Positions 17,314-28,895 of a stretch of 64,000 nt of DNA are shown here, piece after piece. Under the pieces are notes generated by a model. That model saw nothing but the letters and a program-made list of their open reading frames with translations, was not told where the DNA came from and searched no databases. The translations under genes and the position numbers were made by a program. The first letter of the stretch is position 1. Each line of letters begins with the position of its first letter. This stretch comes from Cyanobacteriota bacterium (lineage in GTDB: Bacteria > Cyanobacteriota > Cyanobacteriia > PCC-6307 > Cyanobiaceae): positions 96,001 through 160,000 of the forward strand of contig JBJOMY010000003.1 of assembly GCA_046052125.1 (NCBI GenBank), written 5' to 3'.

Positions 17314-17559
17314 TTACCCGTCGCCCTTGCTGGGTGCAGAGATCCACTGCACGGTGCAGCGGTAGCGGGCAGAGAGGTCGCGGATCAGCGTGGTGCACTT
17401 CACGCCTGTGATCTGGCTTCCGGCCGGCATCGAGACGCTGGCGTTGGCGATGGCGTCGGTTTTGCTGATGATCGATCCGGCGGTCACGGAGCCCGCATGG
17501 GCTGGGGCTGTGCCCAGCAGCGCGAGCAGTGCCAGCCAAGTGGTGCGTTGAGGCTTCAC
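17314..17559 (-). CDS. Small secreted hypothetical protein
   Basis: Signal peptide (PAHA) and a Cys pair. Confidence 0.6.
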   Translation of the reverse strand: MKPQRTTWLALLALLGTAPAHAGSVTAGSIISKTDAIANASVSMPAGSQITGVKCTTLIRDLSARYRCTVQWISAPSKGDG

Positions 17560-17662
17560 GGCTGCTGCGTGGCGCTTGATGCACCGGTCTACTGGTTGCG
17601 ATGGCGTCGCTGGCGCCTGGCTTGAGGCCCGTTACAACGACCCCAGCCATTGCCGGGCTGGT

Positions 17663-18358
17663 GTGAAAGGTCAGCGACTGGTTCTCGGATTGTTCGCCTG
17701 GTGCACAACGCTGGCCTTGGCGACCCAGGCTGACCCCAGCCCGATCGCTGACGGCGCATCCGCATTACCGCCCAAGCCAGCCCTGATTCCAGAGGCGACG
17801 CCCGTTGCCGATGTGGTGCTGGTCAGCGCGATGACCGCGGGACTGTCGCGCGATGACGCCTGGCCTCTGCGCCCCGGGGAACCGTTGCGGCTTGTCTACC
17901 CCTTGGCCACGGCCGCCGAAGAGATCGATCCCTACGGCTGGCGTTACTCCGAAAGCCGTCAGGCCTGGCGCATGCACGCCGGCCAAGACCTGGTGGCTCC
18001 TGAGGGCACACCGATCCTGGCGATGTTGCCGGGGCACGTGGTGCTGGTGGAGGAGCTCGATGGCTATGGCCTCACCGTGGTGCTCGATCACGGTCGTGGT
18101 TGGCAGACGCTCTATGCCCATTTGCAGGCGGCCTCTGTGCAGCCAGGCGATTTCCTGCCGGCGGCCACCCCCTTGGGCACCGTGGGTCAAAGCGGCCGCG
18201 CCAGTGGCCCCCATCTGCACGTGGAGCTGCGTCGCCGCGACGGCGATCGCATGTTGGCCCTTGATCCCACGCCGTTGCTGGAACAGGCCACGCGTTTGTT
18301 ACCCGTGGCGCCGCCATCGCTGCAGCAGGCTCAGGGGATCACGTCTGCCCAGCCTTGA
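17663..18358 (+). CDS. M23 family metallopeptidase
   Basis: MHAGQD, GYG..V.LDH, TLYAHL, GPHLHVE. Confidence 0.9.
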   Translation: MKGQRLVLGLFAWCTTLALATQADPSPIADGASALPPKPALIPEATPVADVVLVSAMTAGLSRDDAWPLRPGEPLRLVYPLATAAEEIDPYGWRYSESRQAWRMHAGQDLVAPEGTPILAMLPGHVVLVEELDGYGLTVVLDHGRGWQTLYAHLQAASVQPGDFLPAATPLGTVGQSGRASGPHLHVELRRRDGDRMLALDPTPLLEQATRLLPVAPPSLQQAQGITSAQP

Positions 18359-19044
18359 TCCGGATTGAGCGATCTGGCCTGCAGCTGCGCCACGCTCCGG
18401 CCTGGCTGCAGCAGCGGGGCCTCAACACCCAGAACCTTCGGCAGGCCTTGGGCAGCGGCTTGGCCTGGGAGCAACCCCTGGTCACGGTGTATGGAAAGCA
18501 GCACCGCACGCCACGGCTCACCTGCTGGGTGGCCGATCCCGGCTGCTCCTACCGCTACAGCGGCCTGCAGCAGCGCATCCATCCCTGGACCGAGGAGCTC
18601 TCGCTGCTGCGCGAGCTCCTCCACGAGCAGCTCGGCGTGCGCTTCAACAGCCTCTTGCTCAATCGCTACCGCGATGGCGCGGATTGCATGGGCTGGCATG
18701 CCGACGACGAACCTGAACTCGACGTTCACGCACCGATCGCCTCCCTCAGCCTTGGCGTGGCCCGTGATCTCCGTTTTCGGCCGCGTCAAGGCGGCGAAGC
18801 GCCCTTTGCGATCAACCTGGCTGACGGGGATTTATTGGTGATGGATCCGCCCAGCCAGCGCCACTGGCAGCACGCGTTGCCCGCGCGGGCGCGGGTGGTG
18901 GCGGAGCGGATCAACCTCACCTTTCGGGTGATTCAGCCCAGCACGGCAATGCAGTCGATCTCCACCCGGGCCCCCTTGGGCAGGGCGGCCACCTCCACGC
19001 AAGCCCGAGCCGGCGATACACCAGCGCCGAACACCTCGGCATAA
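18355..19044 (+). CDS. alkB: AlkB-like 2OG-Fe(II) dioxygenase
   Basis: FNSLLLNRYRDG..MGWHADDE, HWQHALP, RINLTFR. Confidence 0.88.
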   Translation: MIRIERSGLQLRHAPAWLQQRGLNTQNLRQALGSGLAWEQPLVTVYGKQHRTPRLTCWVADPGCSYRYSGLQQRIHPWTEELSLLRELLHEQLGVRFNSLLLNRYRDGADCMGWHADDEPELDVHAPIASLSLGVARDLRFRPRQGGEAPFAINLADGDLLVMDPPSQRHWQHALPARARVVAERINLTFRVIQPSTAMQSISTRAPLGRAATSTQARAGDTPAPNTSA

Positions 19045-19331
19045 AGGGCATTTACCTTGGCGAAATCCCCCAGATCGGCCAGAAACACGGTGGTGCGCAC
19101 CACCTGCTGGGGCGTGCAGCCGGCTTCCTGCAGCACCGCTTTCAGATTGGCGAGCACCTGGCGGGTTTCGGCCTCCACATCGCCATCGCCCACCATGGCC
19201 CCGGTGGTTGGGTCGAGGGCGATCTGGCCGCTGCAATAGAGCACGCCGCCGGCCTTCACGGCCTGGTTGTAAGGACCCACCGGTGCCGGAGCAGCGCTCG
19301 TTGTCACGGCTTCGATCGTGGGGCTGGTCAT
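18933..19331 (-). CDS. ridA: RidA (YjgF) family deaminase
   Basis: GPYNQAV, SGQIALDP, PARACVEVAALPKGARVEI. Confidence 0.93.
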   Translation of the reverse strand: MTSPTIEAVTTSAAPAPVGPYNQAVKAGGVLYCSGQIALDPTTGAMVGDGDVEAETRQVLANLKAVLQEAGCTPQQVVRTTVFLADLGDFAKVNALYAEVFGAGVSPARACVEVAALPKGARVEIDCIAVLG

Positions 19332-19374
19332 GCGGGAGAGAAGATGGGCGCTGAGCCTATGGCGAACCCGCCTG

Positions 19375-20487
<1,113 letters not shown>

Positions 20488-20495
20488 AGCAGCGA

Positions 20496-21263
20496 TCAGC
20501 CCTTCCAGAGATCTTTGCTGCCGCGTAGGCGCCGCAGGCTGGCAGGGTCCGCTGCCCGGACAAACAGGTTCGTGGCGCGCTCCATCGCGATGCTGGTGGG
20601 GATCGTGGGCTTGCCCTCGTCCCGCATCTGAAGCACGGCGGCTAGCCGCTCGTTGATCGCGGCGTTGGCCGGCTCTTCCGCTGCGGCCCAGCGCAAATTG
20701 CCAGCGGTGTACTCGTGGGCGCACCACACCTGGGTGGCCTCCGGCAGGGAGGCCAGCTGCTGCAGCGAGTGGTGCATCTGCTCCGGGGTGCCTTCAAACA
20801 GGCGGCCGCAACCGGCGGCAAACAGAGTGTCACCGCAGAAGAGGTGGCCGTCATCTCCTGAGGCGGGAGGCAGATAAAAGGCGATGTGGTGAGCCGTGTG
20901 GCCGGGCACCTCCAGCACCCGGGCGGTGCGCCCCAGGAGTTCGAGCTCCTCGCCGCCCTGCACCCCTTGGGTTTGCAGCGGAATGCGGGTCCGATCGGCA
21001 GCGCTGGCGATTACTGCAGCTGCAGGCCAGCGCTGCAGCAAGCCCGCGGCGCCACCGATGTGGTCGTGGTGGTGGTGGGTGTGCAGGATCGCGGCGAGGC
21101 TCAGCTGCCGCTCCTCCAGCCAGGCGATCACCGGCTCTGCCACGGCAGGGTCCACCACCACGGCTGGACCGGGCCCCTCGCCGTGGAGCACAAACACGTA
21201 GTTGTCGTTGAGCACCGGAATCAGCGACACCCGGCTGGCGCCCGTGGTGGTGGCCTGTTGCAT
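20496..21263 (-). CDS. gloB: Hydroxyacylglutathione hydrolase (glyoxalase II)
   Basis: [31 protein letters not shown]. Confidence 0.93.
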   Translation of the reverse strand: MQQATTTGASRVSLIPVLNDNYVFVLHGEGPGPAVVVDPAVAEPVIAWLEERQLSLAAILHTHHHHDHIGGAAGLLQRWPAAAVIASAADRTRIPLQTQGVQGGEELELLGRTARVLEVPGHTAHHIAFYLPPASGDDGHLFCGDTLFAAGCGRLFEGTPEQMHHSLQQLASLPEATQVWCAHEYTAGNLRWAAAEEPANAAINERLAAVLQMRDEGKPTIPTSIAMERATNLFVRAADPASLRRLRGSKDLWKG

Positions 21264-21292
21264 CGTTAAAGTCCCGGTTCAGGCTGCCTCCC

Positions 21293-21940
21293 ATGATCAC
21301 CGTCGCGCTGGCCAAGGGAGCCCTCCTCAAGGATTCGGTGGCTCGCTTCGCCGCTGCGGGGCTCGATTTCGCTGCCGTGCTCGAGCCGGGCAATCGCCAG
21401 CTGATGGTGCCCAGCGCCTGCGGCCGCGCCCGTGCGTTGCTGGTGCGGAACGCCGATGTGCCCGTGTATGTGGCCTACGGCCAGGCCCAGCTCGGGGTGG
21501 TGGGCTACGACGTGCTGCGCGAACACCAGCTGCCGGTGGCCCATCTGGTGGATTTGGGATTTGGCGGTTGCCGCATGAGCGTGGCGGTGAAGGCCACCAG
21601 CCCCTACCGCCGCGCCGCCGACCTGCCCGCCCATTGCCGCATTGCCAGCAAGTTCACCCGCTGCGCTGAGGAGTACTTCGAGGCCCTGGATTTGCCGGTG
21701 GAGCTGATCCACCTGGCCGGATCCGTAGAGCTCGGCCCGATCACCGGCATGAGCGAGGCGATTGTCGACCTGGTCGCCACCGGCCGCACACTGGTGGAAA
21801 ACGGCCTGATCGCCATCGAAGATCTCTTCCACTCCACGGCCCGTTTGGTGGGGCATCCCCTGGCGCTGCGCCTTGATGGCGGGGAGCTGCAGGCGATCGT
21901 GGATCAGATCGCGGCGGTGTCCAGCCGGCCGGCGGCCTGA
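21293..21940 (+). CDS. hisG: ATP phosphoribosyltransferase (short form)
   Basis: [27 protein letters not shown]. Confidence 0.95.
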   Translation: MITVALAKGALLKDSVARFAAAGLDFAAVLEPGNRQLMVPSACGRARALLVRNADVPVYVAYGQAQLGVVGYDVLREHQLPVAHLVDLGFGGCRMSVAVKATSPYRRAADLPAHCRIASKFTRCAEEYFEALDLPVELIHLAGSVELGPITGMSEAIVDLVATGRTLVENGLIAIEDLFHSTARLVGHPLALRLDGGELQAIVDQIAAVSSRPAA

Positions 21941-23739
21941 TGGCCCATCTCGATCGACAACGACTGCTGCGACTGCTGCCCTACCTGGGCCGCGATCGCC
22001 GGCGCCTCCTGCTCACCCTGGTGCTGCTGATCCCAGTGGCCGGTGCGGCTGCGGTGCAGCCCTTGCTGGTGGGGCAAGCCATTTCCGCGTTGCGTCAGGA
22101 GCCGGTGCTGGCCTGGCTTGAACCTCTGCCCCTGGCGCAACAGCTGCGCACCTTGGTGTTGCTGCTGCTCGTTGCGGTGTTGGTGAGGCTGGGGCTGCAG
22201 GGCCTGCAGAGCTTCAACGTGCAGGCGGTGGGTCAGCGGCTTACGGCCCGGATCCGCAACGACCTCTTCGCCCACGCCCTCGATCTCTCCCTGCGCTTCC
22301 ACGACCGCACGCCGGTGGGCAAGCTGCTCACCCGCCTCACCAGCGATGTGGACGCCCTGGCCGAGGTGTTCGGCAGCGGCGCGGTGGGCTTGCTGGCGGA
22401 TCTGGTCACCCTGCTGGTGATCGCCGCCACGATGATCGCGATCGAACCGCGATTGGGAGTGTTGCTGCTGGCCTCCCAGGTGCCGGTCACGCTCACCATG
22501 CTCTGGCTGCAGCGCCGCTACCGCAAAGCCAACTACCGGGTGCGCGAGGAGCTCAGCCAGCTCAACGCCGATCTTCAGGAAAACCTGCAAGGTCTTGAGG
22601 TGGTTCAGATGTTCCGCCGCGAGGCCTACAACTCCGCCCGTTTCGGCCGCACCACTGAGGCCTACCGCCAGGCGGTGAACGGCACAATCTTCTACGACTC
22701 CGCCATCTCCGCTCTGATCGAGTGGGTGTCGCTCGGGGCGATTGCCTTGGTGCTCGCCCTGGGTGGCTGGATGGTGACCGCCGGGGCCATGGGCCTGGGC
22801 ACCCTCACCACCTTCATCCTCTATTCGCAGCGCCTGTTTGATCCGCTGCGCCAGCTGGCGGAACGCTTCACCCAGATCCAGGGCGGCCTCACCGCTGTGG
22901 AACGGATCGGCGAGCTGATGGAGGAGCCGATCGAGATTCAGGAGCTGCCCCAGGAGCAGCGCTCCGCAGCGGCGCTGGTGAGCGGCGGCAAGCGCAGCAG
23001 CGCCGGTGAGGTGGTGTTCGACAACGTGTCGTTCGCCTACCGCTCCGACGATCCGATCCTCACCAACCTCTCCTTCCGCATCGCCCCCGGCGAGCACGTG
23101 GCCCTCGTGGGCCCCACCGGATCGGGCAAGAGCACGGTGATCCGATTGCTCTGCCGCCTCTATGAACCGCAGCAGGGCCGGATCCTGCTGGATGGCATCG
23201 ACATTCGCGAACTGCCGATCCCCACCCTGCGCCAACGGCTCGGCGTGGTGCTGCAGGACACCTTCCTGTTCAGCGGCAACGTGGCCGACAACCTCCGCCT
23301 CGACGGCTCGATCAGCGACGCTGACCTGCAGCGCCTCTGCAGTGAGTTGGGGCTCGACCCGCTGCTGCAGCGCTTGCCTCAAGGGCTCTCCACGGAGCTG
23401 CGCGAGCGCGGCGGCAATCTCTCCTCCGGTGAACGCCAGCTGCTGGCGGTCGCGCGTGTAGCGATCCGCGACCCCTCGGTGCTGGTGATGGATGAGGCCA
23501 CCGCTTTCCTCGATCCCTCCACCGAGGCCACCCTTCAATGCGACCTCGATCGTTTGCTCTGCGATCGAACCGCCATCGTGATCGCCCACCGTTTGGCCAC
23601 CGTGGAGGCGGCCGATCGGATCCTTGTATTGAAGCGCGGCCGGCTGATTGAGCAGGGCAGTCACAAAGTGCTGCGGGCTGCGGGTGGTCTCTACGCGCAG
23701 TTGGCGGAGCTCCAGGAGCGGGGGCTCGCCAGGCTCTGA
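21940..23739 (+). CDS. ABC transporter permease/ATP-binding fusion (exporter type)
   Basis: TM domain followed by GPTGSGKS, LSSGERQ, DEAT, IAHRL. Confidence 0.9.
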   Translation: MAHLDRQRLLRLLPYLGRDRRRLLLTLVLLIPVAGAAAVQPLLVGQAISALRQEPVLAWLEPLPLAQQLRTLVLLLLVAVLVRLGLQGLQSFNVQAVGQRLTARIRNDLFAHALDLSLRFHDRTPVGKLLTRLTSDVDALAEVFGSGAVGLLADLVTLLVIAATMIAIEPRLGVLLLASQVPVTLTMLWLQRRYRKANYRVREELSQLNADLQENLQGLEVVQMFRREAYNSARFGRTTEAYRQAVNGTIFYDSAISALIEWVSLGAIALVLALGGWMVTAGAMGLGTLTTFILYSQRLFDPLRQLAERFTQIQGGLTAVERIGELMEEPIEIQELPQEQRSAAALVSGGKRSSAGEVVFDNVSFAYRSDDPILTNLSFRIAPGEHVALVGPTGSGKSTVIRLLCRLYEPQQGRILLDGIDIRELPIPTLRQRLGVVLQDTFLFSGNVADNLRLDGSISDADLQRLCSELGLDPLLQRLPQGLSTELRERGGNLSSGERQLLAVARVAIRDPSVLVMDEATAFLDPSTEATLQCDLDRLLCDRTAIVIAHRLATVEAADRILVLKRGRLIEQGSHKVLRAAGGLYAQLAELQERGLARL

Positions 23740-24455
23740 GCCTCGTCGCTGCGTTTGGGTAGACCCTGCTGCTCCAACCACTCGTTGAGCAGCGCCGCCA
23801 GCTGGGTTGGGGCGGTGCGCATCAGCAGATGGCCCTCGCCCTCCAGGAGTTCGAACTGGTGCTCGGCGCTGTAGCCCGCCAGGTGGCGCACGTAACGCGG
23901 CTCCATCACCGTGTCGCGGCTGCCGGCCACCCAGAGGCTGGGCACCTGCAGTTGCGCCACCAGCCCCGGCAGCTGTTGCACCGCTCCCCGTTGCATGCTC
24001 GAAGCGAGCAATCCGCGCGCCGCCCGCAGCTCAGCCACCAGGGGGCTGCGGATCGCTTCGGTGCCGGGCAGCTGCGCCAGCCAGCTGGGGCGCCAGCGCA
24101 GGAAGGCCGCTCCACCGCGGCGCACCATCCGGAAGGGTCGGGGTTGAAACACCCCCCCGCCGGCCGCCACCTGCACCACGCCAGCCAGCTGATCGCCCAG
24201 GTGCCCCGCGGCATGCACCACCAGGCTGCCGCCGAGGGAATGGCCGATCAGTACCAGCGGCCGATCACCGGCCTGCTCTCGTGCCGCATCCGCCAGCCAG
24301 CGCCCGTAACTCGCCAGGCTGGGCTGCAGCCCGCGGGGCCGCGGCTGATCACCAAAACCCGGCAGGTCCGGGCTCCAGCTGTCCCAGTAGGGGTTGAGCT
24401 GGTCGGTGAGCGGTTGCCAGAGCCGGCCCGAGAGCAACCAGCCGTGCACACACAC
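23691..24455 (-). CDS. Alpha/beta hydrolase (start uncertain)
   Basis: HGW, DLPGFG, GHSLGG, GH. Confidence 0.85.
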   Translation of the reverse strand: MCVHGWLLSGRLWQPLTDQLNPYWDSWSPDLPGFGDQPRPRGLQPSLASYGRWLADAAREQAGDRPLVLIGHSLGGSLVVHAAGHLGDQLAGVVQVAAGGGVFQPRPFRMVRRGGAAFLRWRPSWLAQLPGTEAIRSPLVAELRAARGLLASSMQRGAVQQLPGLVAQLQVPSLWVAGSRDTVMEPRYVRHLAGYSAEHQFELLEGEGHLLMRTAPTQLAALLNEWLEQQGLPKRSDEAQSLASPRSWSSANCA

Positions 24456-24540
24456 CAGCAGGGGGGAGCGCTTCAGGGGAGCTTCCGGTGCTTGAAGGGT
24501 CTCCAGCCTGCATCAGCTTTGGCCAGAGTGGGGGAGGATC

Positions 24541-25041
24541 ATGCCAATGCTTAGCTCTCCCACCACCGAGCTCGAGGGCCTTTACGGGCTGGGCCACCGC
24601 GTTTGCCCCACGCCCAATCCCCAGCTCAGCCTGGTGCTTAGCACCTGCCGGGAGATCGATCTCTATGAGCTCGAGCAGCTCTGCGATGCCGTGGGCTGGA
24701 GCCGCCGGCCGCTTCGGCGTGTGCGCAAGGCCCTGGAGAACAGCTTGCTGGTGGTGGGCCTCTGGCGTCACGACCCGCGCCTGCCGCGTTTGGTGGGCTT
24801 TGCCCGCTGCACCGGCGATGGCGTGATCGAAGCCACCGTGTGGGATGTGGCGGTTCACCCCCTGTATCAGGGCGTTGGCTTGGGCAAACAGCTGATGACC
24901 TACGTGATCGATCTGCTGCGGGCTCAGCAGGTGGAGCGCATCACCTTGTTTGCCGATCCGGGTGTGGTGGAGTTTTACAGCGCCCAAGGCTGGGAGCTTG
25001 AGCCCCAGCAGCGCCGCTGTGCCTTCTGGTACGCCCCCTGA
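24541..25041 (+). CDS. GNAT acetyltransferase (Ycf52-like)
   Basis: LCDAVGWSRRP, ATVWDVAV...QGVGLG, TLFAD. Confidence 0.9.
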   Translation: MPMLSSPTTELEGLYGLGHRVCPTPNPQLSLVLSTCREIDLYELEQLCDAVGWSRRPLRRVRKALENSLLVVGLWRHDPRLPRLVGFARCTGDGVIEATVWDVAVHPLYQGVGLGKQLMTYVIDLLRAQQVERITLFADPGVVEFYSAQGWELEPQQRRCAFWYAP

Positions 25042-25050
25042 ACGGCTGCT

Positions 25051-27156
25051 TCAGCTGGCGGTTTTGAACAGGTACCCCTGAAACAGGCGGACACCCCGCT
25101 CCTGCCAGTACTCGAGTTGCTCCTCCGTTTCGATGCCTTCGAGGATCAGGCCGCAGCGGTTGAGCTCGCCGTAACGCAGCAGAAAAGCCACGAGGGCATC
25201 CACATTGGCGTCGCCGAGCCGTTGGGTGTAGGTGAGGTCGAGCTTGAGAAAGTCGGGGCGGAGCTGAAACAAGTAGGCGATCGAGGCGTAGCCCACCCCG
25301 AAATCGTCGATGGCAATCCGAACGCCGCAATCGCGGAGCTGTTGCAGTCGCTGCTCCCACAACTCGGGTTTGTTCACCAGCGCCGTTTCCGTCACCTCCA
25401 GCACCAGCCGCCGCCGCACCGATCCCGGCAGCGCGCGCACCAGATCCACCATCGCCTGCAGATGCAGCTCTGATCCGAAGCTCACGGCCGAGATGTTCAC
25501 CCCCAGCATCTGCTCCTGTCCCCAGGGCTCCCGCAAGAGGGCGATGGCCCGCCCCAACATCAGCTGATCGAGCAGATGCACGTTGTTGTTGCGCTCGAGG
25601 GCCAGCACCAGCTCTTGCACGCTGATCGAGCTCTCCAGTTCCTGCGGGAGGCGAAACAGCATCTCGCTGTAGGCCAGCCGCCGTTGGCCATGCACCAGCT
25701 CCAGCACCGGCTCTAGGGCGTAGCGATGCTCCTCGAGGGTGGCGATTGCGCGGCTTAGGTCGAAATCGCGCCTCTGTTGCTGTCGCAGTTGCCGGGCTTG
25801 CTCGGCCACGTTGTCGGGCAGCAGGTGCACCACCTCGGCGGTGTCGCTGTGGGCGAGCACCAAGGCCAGATCCGCCAGTTGCTGGGAGGGATCGCTGCGC
25901 TCGAGCTCGGTGACGATCCCACCCACCGCCAGCTGCATCGTTTCGGCCATGGCCTGCTCCAGCTCCCGCAACACCTGCTCGATGCCACGCCGGGCTTCGC
26001 TGGGATCGATGCCGTTGGCCCCACTTGGGCGGAGCACCTGCAGCAGGGTGTTGTTGTCGCCAAGGCCCAGAACGCTGCCGGGCTCAAGCTGCTGCAGTCG
26101 CTCCCCCAGCCAGGCCAGGGCCTGGTGCTGGGCCTGACTGCTCTGGCGGATGGCATCGCGGAACAGCAGCACCTTCACCTGCAGCGCCGCGATCCATAGC
26201 CCTGGTGGTGCACCGCCGGGCGGGCCGATCGCCTGGAGCAGGGCCCTGCGGCTGAGCAAGGGGCCCGGTAGCTCCTGCCGCAGCAGGCGCAGCTGGCGCA
26301 GGCCCATCAACCCGCCGATCCCCGCGAGGCCCACCAGAGCGTTCAGGCCGATCCAGCCCGGCGCCATCTCCACCAGCGCTTGCCAGCGCTGCCGCCACGG
26401 GTGCAAAGCCGGCTTGAGCTGCAGGGCCTGGCCTGCGGGCAGCAGCTCGCTCACGGCCGTGGCGGGGATGCTCTGGCTGCTGGCCGCGTTATGCAGGCTG
26501 CTGTTGATCCGGCTGAAGGCCGCGTTCACGGCTGTGTTGTAGCTGGGTCGCTCGATGCGGCTGAAGTGCAGCAGCCAGCCCCGCTCGGGCCCACCCCCGC
26601 CGCTGCGGCGGATCGCAGTGCCCGCCCCCAGCACCGATTGATCAGCGGCTTGGCAGTGGAAGCCGAAGGCCTGATGCCCCTCCCCCTGGGCGCTGCGACC
26701 CGCCAGGCGCTCCAGTTGTTTGTGCAGGCACTGGCGCAGCGGCGCTGACATCCCTGTGGCGATCGCTGCCCCGCGCGCCAACAGCTGACGCTGTTGTGCA
26801 TCCACCACCAGCAGCCCCTGACCGTCCTGAATAATTGAGGAGTTGTTGAGTTCGCGGGCCACGAAGCTGGGATCGTCTCCACCGGCGTAGGCATACAGGG
26901 GGTCCCAGTGCCCCCAGTCGAGCGCGGTGATCTTGTGGCTGTTCACCCGCAGCTCCAGCAGGCCCTGATCGGTTTCCCCCTGGTGGGCCTGGCTCTGTTG
27001 CAGCAGCAGCCAGCGTTGATGCCAGAGCACTCCGGCCAGCGATCCGCTCAACAGCACCCAGATCAGCAGTGCTGCGCTCAGGCTGCGGGGATGCTCCTGC
27101 CGCAGCCGTTGCCATTCGCCGCTGAGGTTGCTCAACCAGCGTGTGGGGCGCTCCAT
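25051..27156 (-). CDS. CHASE4 sensor + degenerate GGDEF-like + EAL phosphodiesterase
   Basis: DWGHWD.Y (CHASE4), EML, NIS, EVTE, DDFGVGY, KLD, EGIE, QGY. Confidence 0.85.
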   Translation of the reverse strand: MERPTRWLSNLSGEWQRLRQEHPRSLSAALLIWVLLSGSLAGVLWHQRWLLLQQSQAHQGETDQGLLELRVNSHKITALDWGHWDPLYAYAGGDDPSFVARELNNSSIIQDGQGLLVVDAQQRQLLARGAAIATGMSAPLRQCLHKQLERLAGRSAQGEGHQAFGFHCQAADQSVLGAGTAIRRSGGGGPERGWLLHFSRIERPSYNTAVNAAFSRINSSLHNAASSQSIPATAVSELLPAGQALQLKPALHPWRQRWQALVEMAPGWIGLNALVGLAGIGGLMGLRQLRLLRQELPGPLLSRRALLQAIGPPGGAPPGLWIAALQVKVLLFRDAIRQSSQAQHQALAWLGERLQQLEPGSVLGLGDNNTLLQVLRPSGANGIDPSEARRGIEQVLRELEQAMAETMQLAVGGIVTELERSDPSQQLADLALVLAHSDTAEVVHLLPDNVAEQARQLRQQQRRDFDLSRAIATLEEHRYALEPVLELVHGQRRLAYSEMLFRLPQELESSISVQELVLALERNNNVHLLDQLMLGRAIALLREPWGQEQMLGVNISAVSFGSELHLQAMVDLVRALPGSVRRRLVLEVTETALVNKPELWEQRLQQLRDCGVRIAIDDFGVGYASIAYLFQLRPDFLKLDLTYTQRLGDANVDALVAFLLRYGELNRCGLILEGIETEEQLEYWQERGVRLFQGYLFKTAS

Positions 27157-27243
27157 GTAACGGGCTTGCCACCTCGCTCAGCCCATTCTGTTGGGGCTGA
27201 TCGGCTTGAGCCAACAGCCTCGTGAGCGAACCTCCACATCAGC

Positions 27244-27939
27244 TCACCGGCGGTTGCCGTAGTAGCGCTGGGCCAGCTGATCAGCGCTGATGCCTTGGCG
27301 CCAGGCCTGACGCAGCTGGGCGTTGCGCCAGGCTGTGCCGATCACGCCGTGCCGTTGCCAGCGGCGGCCATCCACCTGCAGGGGCCGTTGCAGGCTGCGG
27401 ATCCGGGTGATGGCCCTGAGCCTCTGGATCAGCAGCAGGTCTTCCATCAGCGCGAGCTCAGGCATCCCGCCGGCCTGCTCCAGCAGGCTCCGGGGCACCA
27501 ACAGCCCCTGATCGCCGTAGGGCAGCTGCCGCCAGCGGGAGCGCAGCCGCACCGCCAGCTCCAGCAGCCGCAAGCTGAGGCCCGGGGCATCGATCGCCAG
27601 ATCAAAGGCCCAGGCCCCTGGCGCTTGCTGCAGCGCTCTCTGCACCACCAGCGCCCAGTCGTGGCAGAGGCGTGCATCGGCATGCAACAGCAACAACCAG
27701 GGAGCCGTTGTGGCATTGATGCCTCGGCGCAGTTGCTGTCCCCGTCCAGCAGGACTCTGCACAACCTGGGCACCGGCCAGGCGGGCGATCAACGGGGTGC
27801 CATCGTCGCTGCCGCCATCGACTACCACCCGCTCCCTGATCAGAGTGGGGGGCACCTGGGCCAGATCCGCCAGCAGCAGAGGCAGCCGTTGCCCTTCATT
27901 CAGGGCTGGGATCACCACAGCCAGCGCTGGGCGGCTCAC
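27244..27939 (-). CDS. GT2 glycosyltransferase, TIGR04283 family
   Basis: VIPALNE, DGGS.D, LHAD, PYGDQG, MED. Confidence 0.88.
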   Translation of the reverse strand: MSRPALAVVIPALNEGQRLPLLLADLAQVPPTLIRERVVVDGGSDDGTPLIARLAGAQVVQSPAGRGQQLRRGINATTAPWLLLLHADARLCHDWALVVQRALQQAPGAWAFDLAIDAPGLSLRLLELAVRLRSRWRQLPYGDQGLLVPRSLLEQAGGMPELALMEDLLLIQRLRAITRIRSLQRPLQVDGRRWQRHGVIGTAWRNAQLRQAWRQGISADQLAQRYYGNRR

Positions 27940-28871
27940 GACCAGAGGCTGGGATCGCGGCTGATGGGCAGCTGCGCCAGTGGGTCGTGGGCGCACAGCA
28001 GATCGCCGCTGATGGTGGTGCACACCGAATCCATCGGCACACAGAAGCTGCTGCCATCGCGATCGAAGGGGTTTTCCACGTAGGCGCCCACGCGCTCCGC
28101 CGTGACAAATCCCAGAAACAGCACCAGCCCTTCCCAGGCATCACCACGGTTGCTGAAGTTGAGGAACTGCGCGTAGCCGTAAAACCAGCAGATCAGACGG
28201 ATAAACACGTCGTAGGTGGGTGGGATCGGCGAATTGCGAATGCGCTGCAATCCCCCCAGGGCGTTGCTGAAGGTTTCGCAGCTGCGCAGCAGCGCATCAC
28301 GGCCCCAGTCGTTGATGCGGCCGTCGCGGTGGAGGCGCGCGATGGCATCGGCTTTGTGCAGCATCCCGTGCTGCAGCCGGAGATCGCTCGGGAGAGCCAG
28401 CCTGGTACAGAGCGCGTCGACGGCCTGGCGGGCGTCCCTGCGCCAGTAGCCCCGCAGCTCAAAGTTGAGCAGCCAGCAGAGCAACACCTGCAACGACACC
28501 ATCTGTTGCTGGCTGGTGGCGGCATCGCCCTGGCTGGCCAACAGGGTGCGGAGGCTGTCGCGCCAGTGGCGGCTGAGGTTCACGATTGAGCCCCAGAGGA
28601 TGCGTGATTCCCACCAGCGGTTGATGGCCTGGGTGTTGCGGAAGGCCACGAACACGGAAACGGCGATGCCGAGCACGGTGAGCGAGGCGCCCTCCATCAG
28701 CACCAGGTTTTTCAGCTGTGGGCTGATCCGCAGCATCAAGCCGATGACGCACAGTGCTGCCATCACGGCCAGATCCCAGCGCATCCGGTAGGTGAGCTGA
28801 AACAGCACCCGCCCGGCGTTGCGGCGGGCCAGCTTCGGCGGGGGGATGGCGTTGGGGTCGCCCTGGATCAT
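27936..28871 (-). CDS. Bestrophin family anion channel
   Basis: FRNTQAINRWWESR..WG.IVN.SR, QRI..SPIP, ENPF. Confidence 0.88.
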   Translation of the reverse strand: MIQGDPNAIPPPKLARRNAGRVLFQLTYRMRWDLAVMAALCVIGLMLRISPQLKNLVLMEGASLTVLGIAVSVFVAFRNTQAINRWWESRILWGSIVNLSRHWRDSLRTLLASQGDAATSQQQMVSLQVLLCWLLNFELRGYWRRDARQAVDALCTRLALPSDLRLQHGMLHKADAIARLHRDGRINDWGRDALLRSCETFSNALGGLQRIRNSPIPPTYDVFIRLICWFYGYAQFLNFSNRGDAWEGLVLFLGFVTAERVGAYVENPFDRDGSSFCVPMDSVCTTISGDLLCAHDPLAQLPISRDPSLWS

Positions 28872-28895
28872 GCCCAGCTGCGGATCAAGCTCCGA

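Noticed and set aside
21904..23781. Long antisense ORFs (e.g. 21904-23781, 41304-43214, 50820-52211, 60918-62477, 4818-6329)
   Set aside because: Shadow frames of real genes in high-GC DNA; no recognisable motifs
24455..24513. Apparent frameshift at the G6 run (24461-24466) in the alpha/beta hydrolase 5' end
   Set aside because: The reading frame stays open upstream to 24512 with possible CTG/GTG starts, so a frameshift is not required
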